32,000 nucleotides of DNA from Candidatus Saccharimonadota bacterium (lineage in GTDB: Bacteria; Patescibacteriota; Microgenomatia; UBA1406; GWC2-37-13): NCBI GenBank assembly GCA_001790095.1, contig MGBH01000001.1:1-32000 (forward strand). Reading direction: 5' to 3'. Positions 25,363 to 32,000 of the stretch are shown piece by piece. Within the stretch, counting starts at the first letter, position 1. Each line of letters opens with the position of its first letter. The notes below the pieces were generated by a model. It was not told the DNA's origin, ran no database searches, and saw only the letters and a program-made list of their open reading frames with translations. Position numbers and translations under genes: made by a program.

Positions 25363-28300
25363 TTATTTAATGTAATCAATTGATAAACCGAGGGAGTTTA
25401 ATTCCTTTACTAAGACGTGGAATGATTCTGGTACGTTAGACTGAGGAATATCTAATCCCTTTATAATCGATTCAAATGCTTTTGTACGACCTCTAACATC
25501 ATCACTTTTGATAGTAAGCATCTCTTGTAGCGCAAAAGGTACACGATGTGATTCAAGAGCCCAAACCTCCATTTCACCGAATCTTTGTCCACCCATTTGT
25601 GATTTTCCTCCGAGTGGTTGTTGTGAGACGAGAGAATATGGTCCAACGGAACGGGCATGGAACTTGTCTTCAACCATATGGATAAGCTTCATGATATATC
25701 CCGTACCTACAAGGGCTTGTTTTTCAAACGGTTTTCCACTTTGACCATCGTAGAGGACTGTTTTTCCGTCAATTGGAAGGCCTTGTTTCTTAAGTTCTTT
25801 TGTGATGAAATCTTCCTGAATCTTTTCAAAGACAGGGGTAACAATTGTCCAGTTATTAAATTTGGCTATATATCCAAGAAGTGTTTCAAGAAGTTGTCCT
25901 AAATTCATTCTTGCAAGGATAGAAAGAGGGGAGATGATTACGTCAACTGGCGTTCCATCTGCAAGATATGGCATATCCCATTCTGGAAGAATGCGTGATA
26001 TGACGCCTTTGTTACCGTGTCGTCCTGCGAGTTTATCTCCGATTGATATTTTTCTTAACTGAGAGGTATTAACAATGATTCTTTTTATTACGGTTGGTTC
26101 AAGTTCGTTTGGATCCTTTTTGCTGTCAATGGTCTCAATATTTACGACAACCCCTTTTTTCCCATATGGCATACGAAGCGATGTGTCTTTTACATCTTTT
26201 GCTTTTTCGCCAAATATTGCCCGTAATAATCTTTCTTCAGCTGTTAATTCTTTTTCTCCTTTTGGAGCGACCTTACCTACAAGGATGTCTCCATTTTTCG
26301 CTTGAGTTCCGATCAAAACAAGTCCTTCTTTATCAAGGTTCTGAAGAACTTCTTCTCTTACATTCGGTATGTCTCGAGTAAGTTCTTCTGGGCCAAGTTT
26401 AGTGTCAACAAGATCTGCGATAAACTCTTCACTTGTTATAGAAGTGAGGATATCTTCTTTTACTAATCTCTCAGAAATAACAAATCCATCCTCATAACCG
26501 AGACCATTAAATGATGTATATGCGACGACCAGGTTTTGACCAAGAGCAAGTTTTCCGTTATTGGTGGCAGGGCCATCGATGATGAGATCTCCCTTTTTAA
26601 CCTTTTGTTTCAACTCAACTCTTGGTTTTTGGTCAAAGATAATATCTTTATTTGTCTTGACATAGCGTTCCAAAGGATAATCATATTTCTTTCCGCCTTT
26701 TCCATTGATAACTATTCTTTTTGAATCAACATATTCAACTACTCCATCTTCCTCTGCCAATACTGTTCGTCCTAAAGCTTGTGCGATTGTTTCCTCAGAC
26801 CCCGTTCCAACCAAAGGCGCAGCTGGTTTAAGTAGTGGGACAGCTTGACATTGCATGTGAGTGCCCATAAGAGCACGGCTTGCATCGTCATTTTGTAAAA
26901 AGGGAATAAGCGTTGCTGAAATGCCAACGACTTGTCGGGGAGATATATCTATAAAATTTAATTTTTCTACAGGAATTTCAATAAGATCTCCTTGGTGGCG
27001 TGCAACAACGGTTTCATCAAGGATAATGCCTTGTTCATCAGTTGTTACGTTTGAGGAAGTTATATAATATTGCTCTTCATCATCAGCCTGCAGATAGAGA
27101 GTGTCAGGTGTGATTTTTGCAACTTTTTTTCCTCCCTTTGTTTCAACTGCAATTTTCCTATATGGTGTTTCAAGTAGTCCGTATTTGTTCACTTTCGAAT
27201 AAATAGCCATGTATGTTACAACACCAATGTTTGGTCCCTCAGGAGATCTGATCGGACATATTCTTCCATATTGAGAAGAAGAGATGTCGCGAATAGAGAA
27301 AGAAGCTCTTTCTTTTTCAATTCCTCCCGGTCCTCCGACCGTGATTCTTCTTAAATTATCAAGTTCTGATAAGGGATTTGTTTGATCAACGATTGTTGAG
27401 AGTTGGCTTGTTCTATAGAAAGAATTGATAGCCATGATGATTGGTTTTGAGTTGATGATTTGTGAAGGCGAAGGAAATGTGTCTGACGGAACCAAGCTCA
27501 TTCTTTCTTTAATCTCTTTTTCAGTTCTAACCATACCGACCCGTACGCCATAAGATCCGATAAGTTCGCCAACTGTTTTAATTCTTCTATTGCCCAGATG
27601 GTCGATATCGTCAAAGCTACCCTTTCCAAGTGTCAGATTGACCAGGTATTTGAGAATGGCAACAACATCTTCTTTTGTTAGCACATGATGTTCTTTATCT
27701 ATGGGCGAGTTAAGACCCAGTTTCTTATTGATTTTATATCTTCCCACATCTGCAAGAGAGTATCTTCTGTGATTGAAGAAAAGATTATGTAATGTTTCGT
27801 GTGCATTTTCAAGAACAAGAGGTTCTCCTGGCTTTATCTTACGATACAGTTCCAAGACAGCCTCATCTTTATTTTTTGTTTTATCTTTTTTTATGGTTGG
27901 GTTTATATATTTTTCTAGGACTGTTTTATCCAAATCAGAGAAAAGGTCAAGTAGCTCATTGCTGTTTTCTCCACTAAAAACTCGCAAAAATACTGAAGCG
28001 AGGAACTTCCTTTTTTTATTAATTTTTCCTTCAATGATTCCATTTTTATTTATGGTGAAATCAAGCCATGAACCGATATATGGTCTAACTTCTGCATTAT
28101 AGAGTGTCAATCCTGTTGTTTTGTCGATCTCTGCGGTAAAGTAGGCTCCCGGTGATCTGACAATCTGGTTTATGATTGCTCTCTCAATACCGTTTATTAT
28201 GAAAGTTCCTCTTGAGGTCATTTTGGGAAGATTGAAAAAGTATACATCTTGTTTTTTCTCTCCTCCTGTTTTCTTATTTACTAATCTCACTTTTACATAG

Positions 28301-28578
28301 ACCGGAAAATCATAAGTAAGTTTTTTCTTAAAACACAGATCAAGTGGATAACGAGGATTATCAAAATAGATGTCTTCAAAATAGAGAGTGAATTTTTTCC
28401 CCGTGTAGTCTTCAATAGGGAAAAACTCCTCAAGGATTTCTTTTAATTCATGTGTTAAAAAGGTGTTCCATGATTCTTTTTGTACTTTAATGAGGTCTAT
28501 CTCTTTTAGGTTTTCTTTTTGTTTACCGAGGAAAATTTGTGATGAAGAGGGGTTAGATTTCTTTGTATTTATACTCAT
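25363..28578 (-). CDS. rpoB: DNA-directed RNA polymerase subunit beta
   Basis: 1071 aa. Conserved blocks GTFIINGIERAIINQIVRSPG, RRITVGGPGG, GRHGNKGVISRI and GGQRFGEMEVWALE. The stop is 5 nt before the rpoC start. Confidence 0.95.
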   Translation of the reverse strand: MSINTKKSNPSSSQIFLGKQKENLKEIDLIKVQKESWNTFLTHELKEILEEFFPIEDYTGKKFTLYFEDIYFDNPRYPLDLCFKKKLTYDFPVYVKVRLVNKKTGGEKKQDVYFFNLPKMTSRGTFIINGIERAIINQIVRSPGAYFTAEIDKTTGLTLYNAEVRPYIGSWLDFTINKNGIIEGKINKKRKFLASVFLRVFSGENSNELLDLFSDLDKTVLEKYINPTIKKDKTKNKDEAVLELYRKIKPGEPLVLENAHETLHNLFFNHRRYSLADVGRYKINKKLGLNSPIDKEHHVLTKEDVVAILKYLVNLTLGKGSFDDIDHLGNRRIKTVGELIGSYGVRVGMVRTEKEIKERMSLVPSDTFPSPSQIINSKPIIMAINSFYRTSQLSTIVDQTNPLSELDNLRRITVGGPGGIEKERASFSIRDISSSQYGRICPIRSPEGPNIGVVTYMAIYSKVNKYGLLETPYRKIAVETKGGKKVAKITPDTLYLQADDEEQYYITSSNVTTDEQGIILDETVVARHQGDLIEIPVEKLNFIDISPRQVVGISATLIPFLQNDDASRALMGTHMQCQAVPLLKPAAPLVGTGSEETIAQALGRTVLAEEDGVVEYVDSKRIVINGKGGKKYDYPLERYVKTNKDIIFDQKPRVELKQKVKKGDLIIDGPATNNGKLALGQNLVVAYTSFNGLGYEDGFVISERLVKEDILTSITSEEFIADLVDTKLGPEELTRDIPNVREEVLQNLDKEGLVLIGTQAKNGDILVGKVAPKGEKELTAEERLLRAIFGEKAKDVKDTSLRMPYGKKGVVVNIETIDSKKDPNELEPTVIKRIIVNTSQLRKISIGDKLAGRHGNKGVISRILPEWDMPYLADGTPVDVIISPLSILARMNLGQLLETLLGYIAKFNNWTIVTPVFEKIQEDFITKELKKQGLPIDGKTVLYDGQSGKPFEKQALVGTGYIMKLIHMVEDKFHARSVGPYSLVSQQPLGGKSQMGGQRFGEMEVWALESHRVPFALQEMLTIKSDDVRGRTKAFESIIKGLDIPQSNVPESFHVLVKELNSLGLSIDYIK

Positions 28579-28617
28579 CGATGATTTGAGGGTAAAAATT
28601 AAGTAAACAAGAATACA

Positions 28618-28637
28618 CTCCCTTAATTAAAAGGGAG
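28618..28637 (-). terminator. hairpin between the YtxH-like gene and rpoB (weak terminator or attenuator candidate)
   Basis: CTCCCTT-AATTAA-AAGGGAG, a 7-bp stem. On the minus strand it is followed by GTGTATTCTTGTTTACTT, which is only moderately T-rich. Confidence 0.3.
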
Positions 28638-28679
28638 ATTAAAAAAGTTCCTAAACTATACAATATGTGAACTTAAAAG

Positions 28680-28961
28680 TCAAGCGTGATTTGTAACTTG
28701 TTTAATCTTTGTAAGAATATTTTCAATATCATCCAAGTGAAACGGGTTATTTTTCCCTTCTTTTTTTGGTTTTTGCTTATCAACTCGCTCAATAAGACGG
28801 ACTAGATTTTCCTCAAGATTTTCAGAGAAACGAAGCATTTTTTTGACTGTATCTCTTCCACTTTTTGTACCAAACAGATACGCCATTCCAACTGCTCCTG
28901 CAATCCCACATGAAAAACCTATCCAGAAATTTGTCAGCCTATGCTCACTTTGTTTTGTCAT
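28680..28961 (-). CDS. YtxH-like membrane-anchored stress protein
   Basis: GIAGAVGMAYLFGTKSGRDTVKKM matches the YtxH glycine-zipper/APKSGKE-type motif, followed by a coiled C-terminal part. ATG 28961 (MTKQSEH) is preferred over 28985. Confidence 0.55.
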   Translation of the reverse strand: MTKQSEHRLTNFWIGFSCGIAGAVGMAYLFGTKSGRDTVKKMLRFSENLEENLVRLIERVDKQKPKKEGKNNPFHLDDIENILTKIKQVTNHA

Positions 28962-29208
28962 TTTTCTTATGAGCAAATATTTCAAATACCTTCAAAATGG
29001 TTTTGAATCCGTTTACGAAACCAACTACTTCTCCAAATCCATGTTCAAGATTTAGTCCGACCGCTTCAAACCCAGTAGTGATTTTATTTATGGTTGAGAG
29101 AGTTTTCCTCAGTTCATAAAGAACATGGATGAGTTGGATTCCGATAATAACAGAGAAAACTGTCGTGGTTCCAAGCGTTATGATAAGTAAGATTTGAGTT
29201 GTGTCCAT
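28945..29208 (-). CDS. DUF948-like small membrane-anchored protein
   Basis: 87 aa. An N-terminal TM helix is followed by LYELRKTLSTINKIT, which resembles DUF948. It sits immediately upstream of a YtxH-like gene, as in the Bacillus ytxG-ytxH pair. Confidence 0.45.
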   Translation of the reverse strand: MDTTQILLIITLGTTTVFSVIIGIQLIHVLYELRKTLSTINKITTGFEAVGLNLEHGFGEVVGFVNGFKTILKVFEIFAHKKNDKTK

Positions 29209-29223
29209 GTAGTATATTAAAAT

Positions 29224-29961
29224 TTATAACTCGTTTTTCTTTACTTTTTCCGCAACTAAATTATTAGCTCGCAGTAATTCATCATACGATGTTCCTGCGT
29301 CAATCCACCATTGGAGCAGTTCACAGGTCAGCGTACCTTCTTTCAAATAAAAATTGTTTAAATCAGTCACCTCAAGCTCTCCTCGGTCAGACGGTGTAAG
29401 ACGCGAAATAAAGTCAAAGACTCTATTATCATACATATATATGCCAGTTTGTGCAATGTTAGATTTTGGATGTTCAGGTTTTTCCTCAATTGAAAGTACT
29501 TTTCCTTGTTTATCAATCTCAACGACCCCATATTGTTGTGAATCTGTTGAGATTTTTACTCCGTAGATCAAAGCTCCTTTATCTTTTTTTTCAAACTGTT
29601 CAACGGTTGATTTTAAATCAGTTTTAAATATGTTGTCACCAAGGATGACAAGTATTTTTTGATCCACCGCGAATTCTTTTGCAAGGGCTATTGCATTGGC
29701 GATACCGCCTTTAGGATTTTGTTGTACCGCATAAAACAACTTCAATCCAAAGTCCTCCCCCCCCTTTAGTAAATTGGCAAAGTCACCGGAGTGATCTGGG
29801 GAGCTTGTGATGAGAACTTCTTTTATACCTGCTCTGGCCATTGACTCGATAGAGTAGTAAATCATCGGTTTATTATAGATAGGTAGTAGATGCTTATTGG
29901 TGACCAAAGTCAAAGGTCTTAGTCGTGTTGCAAGTCCGCCAGCTAAAATAACACCTTTCAT
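29224..29961 (-). CDS. sugar-1-phosphate nucleotidyltransferase, short-form glucose-1-phosphate thymidylyltransferase-like
   Basis: MKGVILAGGLATRLRPLT..NKHLLPIYNKPMIYY is the GxGTRLxPLT signature. It also has LGDNIF and EKP..PKSN.A.TGIY motifs. Confidence 0.75.
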   Translation of the reverse strand: MKGVILAGGLATRLRPLTLVTNKHLLPIYNKPMIYYSIESMARAGIKEVLITSSPDHSGDFANLLKGGEDFGLKLFYAVQQNPKGGIANAIALAKEFAVDQKILVILGDNIFKTDLKSTVEQFEKKDKGALIYGVKISTDSQQYGVVEIDKQGKVLSIEEKPEHPKSNIAQTGIYMYDNRVFDFISRLTPSDRGELEVTDLNNFYLKEGTLTCELLQWWIDAGTSYDELLRANNLVAEKVKKNEL

Positions 29962-29965
29962 ATGG

Positions 29966-30247
29966 TTATATCACTAGTATAATTTTTAAAAGGAACAGAA
30001 AAGTAAATCCAATTAAAATATATTCTACAACATTTATCAAATAGAGACTTCCAAGCTTAAAGTGATGATATATTCCCCATAGAATATAGAATATGCAAAA
30101 TGCGAGCGCGGTGACAAAAGAATAGGTCTTATTGCCTTGGTTTACCTTAAGAAGTATAAGGAATATTACTCCGATTGTAGATAGAAGTAGGTAGTCGAAT
30201 ATATGTTTATTAAACTCTTTTGTAAAATGGACAAAGAAATGTTTCAT
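29966..30247 (-). CDS. small membrane protein, hypothetical (three hydrophobic helices)
   Basis: 93-aa ORF tightly packed between neighbours (4 nt and 7 nt gaps). Hydrophobic throughout. No motif recognised. Confidence 0.45.
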   Translation of the reverse strand: MKHFFVHFTKEFNKHIFDYLLLSTIGVIFLILLKVNQGNKTYSFVTALAFCIFYILWGIYHHFKLGSLYLINVVEYILIGFTFLFLLKIILVI

Positions 30248-30254
30248 ATTTTAA

Positions 30255-31136
30255 TTACAGAATTGCTCCACTTTTCATAATAAATATAACCCCAAGCATA
30301 ATAAATCCCAAGAAAATTATGTGCGCGATGTGTTTACCTCCAATGCGAACGATCTGCAGTCTTGATGCGATGTAAAAATCGGCAATAAGTATAAGGACAA
30401 GAAAAAAGATAAATATATATATCGTATCAAAGGAGAAGTGCAGTAAATTTATCTTTGGTTTCACGTTTTCTTTAGCAATAACCGCCTGAGTCTCTTTACC
30501 TAATAGATTTTCTTTTGATATGTTGACAGGGTGTTGTACTTCAGGCTGTTTGACGGTAGTTGAAATATTGAGAGGTGTACCAAACATCTGGACAACAAGC
30601 GTCGTCTCTTCACCGTTCATCATGCCATTTACAATAGCAAATCCTACCTCAGTATACTCTTTTTTTAGTACATTTTCTTTATGTGTGGGGGAGTTCATCC
30701 AGGCATCAACGACACCTTGGGAAAAAAGAAAATTTTTTGCGAGGTTTTCTCCTGCATACTCATATTGATAACCGCTATTTAAAATAAAGTCCCATGGGGT
30801 AGTTCCGTTTGGAGCAAAATGAGACCAATAATTTTTTTCAAACATATCTTTTGCTTTTGCTTGAGCCGCATAAGACAAGGCTTTGTTATATTGAAGCGGC
30901 GGTAGTGATCTATCACCTCTTTCCTTATTGGTTAGTTCAATCAATCTATTGACTGTTATGTCGGTTGCAAAACCTAAAACATTATTGAAATAAAATCCGA
31001 CATTTTTAACCGTAAACGCAAACAACAAAGCACCGATAAGATAAAAGGAAAGAAAGTTAATGTGAAGGGTTTTGGCCCTATAATTGTTGTTTTCCTTTGG
31101 GGTAAAAAGATAATATAAATATTCTTTCAACATCAT
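30255..31136 (-). CDS. CAP/SCP (YkwD-like) domain protein with N- and C-terminal membrane helices
   Basis: The core NKERGDRSLPPLQYNKALSYAAQAKAKDM...YWSHF...GENLA...VVDAWMNSPTHKENVL...VGFAIV matches the CAP-domain pattern. Hydrophobic helices are present at both ends. Confidence 0.7.
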   Translation of the reverse strand: MMLKEYLYYLFTPKENNNYRAKTLHINFLSFYLIGALLFAFTVKNVGFYFNNVLGFATDITVNRLIELTNKERGDRSLPPLQYNKALSYAAQAKAKDMFEKNYWSHFAPNGTTPWDFILNSGYQYEYAGENLAKNFLFSQGVVDAWMNSPTHKENVLKKEYTEVGFAIVNGMMNGEETTLVVQMFGTPLNISTTVKQPEVQHPVNISKENLLGKETQAVIAKENVKPKINLLHFSFDTIYIFIFFLVLILIADFYIASRLQIVRIGGKHIAHIIFLGFIMLGVIFIMKSGAIL

Positions 31137-31531
31137 ATGAGGCGTTTGACAAACTTAAGATTCTTTTTAGTAATTATATACATAATTAAAATCCCAGCGG
31201 TATCTATGAGAATGTCTCTCACCTTTCCTTGTCGCGAAGAGATGAATAGTTGATGTATTTCATCGCTGGTTGCAAATAAGACCGAACATACAATAGCTAA
31301 GATAAATTGGTGTGAAAGAGAAAATTTAGTCGTATGAAGAGCTCTGAATATAAAAAAAAATAAGACCGCATATTCAATCACATGTAAGCTTTTGAAGATT
31401 ACAAAGTCATACAAGTATGCATGAGTGATTCCTATGCTTTTTCGAGAGGAGAGATAAAAAATAAGAGCCATCCATAAAAAAGGAGGAAGCCAGTAGTATA
31501 AAAAACGGAGCAAAGGGTGTTTAACAGCCAT
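31133..31531 (-). CDS. VanZ-like membrane protein
   Basis: 132 aa with four helices. SDEIHQLFISSRQGKVRDILIDTAGIL is the VanZ-family signature (DE.HQ.F...R......D...N..G). Confidence 0.7.
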   Translation of the reverse strand: MAVKHPLLRFLYYWLPPFLWMALIFYLSSRKSIGITHAYLYDFVIFKSLHVIEYAVLFFFIFRALHTTKFSLSHQFILAIVCSVLFATSDEIHQLFISSRQGKVRDILIDTAGILIMYIITKKNLKFVKRLI

Positions 31532-32000
31532 TCTTTATTTTAACTAAAACTGAAAGGATAGTCAAAAATGAATAAGAGACAGACAAAATAGATAAATGGT
31601 TTAACAATGAAGTTGAAGGTTGTTTTATGACCATTTTTTTGTTTGAAGCCCCAAGAACACTTGGTGTGTTCGGATATATTCTATTTGTAGTGGGGATGGA
31701 AGAATAAAATAAAGGAGATGATTTTGACGGTTTTGATGAAACAATTAGGTTTATTGAGTGTGCACCTTCTGAAATATGAATATATGGAGATGGGTTAATT
31801 GATAAGATGCAGCTATTGTTCATACTATGTTTGCTTGGTTTTTGATTGCAGTAAACATCCACATCAGGGGATTCTTTGCCAAGAGTATTTCCTTGCATGG
31901 GGTCTTCATATTCAAACCCATCTTTTTGGGTTTTACTTGAATCAAGCAACCTAACACTATCTTTGTCGTTGTTAAAAAGAGAGGAGGAAAGATTAATCAC
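31521..32000 (-). CDS. hypothetical Ser/Asn-rich protein with C-terminal hydrophobic anchor, 5'-truncated by the window edge
   Basis: The open frame runs to the window end. The apparent GTG at 31998-32000 is probably not the true start. The 3' end overlaps the VanZ-like start by 11 nt. No domain recognised. Confidence 0.4.
   Translation of the reverse strand: MINLSSSLFNNDKDSVRLLDSSKTQKDGFEYEDPMQGNTLGKESPDVDVYCNQKPSKHSMNNSCILSINPSPYIHISEGAHSINLIVSSKPSKSSPLFYSSIPTTNRIYPNTPSVLGASNKKMVIKQPSTSLLNHLSILSVSYSFLTILSVLVKIKNGC

Noticed and set aside
18638-28102. About 25 short ORFs antisense to or out of frame within fusA, rpsG/rpsL, rpoC and rpoB (for example 18881-19219, 20102-20446, 21186-21389, 23827-24222, 26094-26381, 27773-28102)
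   Set aside because: They lie entirely within universally conserved genes and have compositions typical of shadow frames (Ser/Leu/Phe/Arg rich). I see no support for overlapping genes.
1-32000. Alternative genetic code (UGA recoding, as in some CPR lineages)
   Set aside because: Conserved genes end at TGA at the expected lengths (for example the HExxH gene at 4630-4632, rubrerythrin at 13863-13865 and nth at 15878-15880). The long conserved ORFs contain no in-frame TGA that would need read-through. The standard code fits.
1-32000. CRISPR arrays, rRNA, tmRNA/RNase P/SRP RNA, IS elements, prophage or defence genes
   Set aside because: The longest non-coding stretches are ~100-220 nt (4947-5096, 7477-7696, 11738-11920, 17684-17829, 20581-20684, 28579-28679). 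None shows spaced direct repeats or motifs of these RNAs that I can recognise, and no protein has transposase, integrase or nuclease-defence signatures.

Overview
Densely coding, AT-rich bacterial window that uses the standard genetic code. Hand-counted 60-nt lines range from about 27% to 52% GC and are lowest in the 8-12 kb segment. The gene content and style look like a small-genome Patescibacteria/CPR-like organism: a 1071-aa RpoB, an archaeal-type UMP kinase, a T4SS-pilin-like small membrane protein, many small membrane ORFs and weak Shine-Dalgarno usage. That placement is inference. Plus strand, 1-15.9 kb: an aberrant ClpC-like AAA+ unfoldase coupled to three small membrane genes; a UMP-kinase::SAM-methyltransferase fusion; recF; tRNA-Ser(CGA); an accessory, envelope-type block (PPC/DUF296, an orphan, DUF218/SanA-like, GT8-like, and a minus-strand PP-loop enzyme); a CNNM/CorC transporter; rubrerythrin; a triple zinc-ribbon protein; and two tandem HhH-GPD glycosylases (MutY-like and Nth). 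Minus strand, 15.9-32 kb: a lexA-dinB operon with two Cheo-type SOS boxes in its promoter; a metallophosphoesterase; rpoB-rpoC-rpsL-rpsG-fusA; a DUF948/YtxH-like pair; a sugar nucleotidyltransferase; and CAP-domain and VanZ-like membrane proteins. I found no rRNA, CRISPR array, transposase, integrase, toxin-antitoxin pair or recognisable defence system, so I cannot point to a clear-cut novel system. The most unusual items are: (1) the ClpC-like protein, which has a four-repeat ~270-aa insertion in D2, a C-terminal zinc ribbon and a Pro-rich N-tail; (2) an orphan 466-aa QueC-like PP-loop enzyme in the accessory block; (3) tandem base-excision glycosylases that have lost all or half of their Fe-S cluster ligands, with a start-codon anomaly in nth; (4) a 104-nt rpsG-fusA spacer built from inverted arrays of 7-nt-phased TAAC/GTTA repeats; and (5) a promoter-then-terminator leader in front of the UMP kinase fusion. 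All protein calls rest on motif recognition by eye. No database search or folding program was run.
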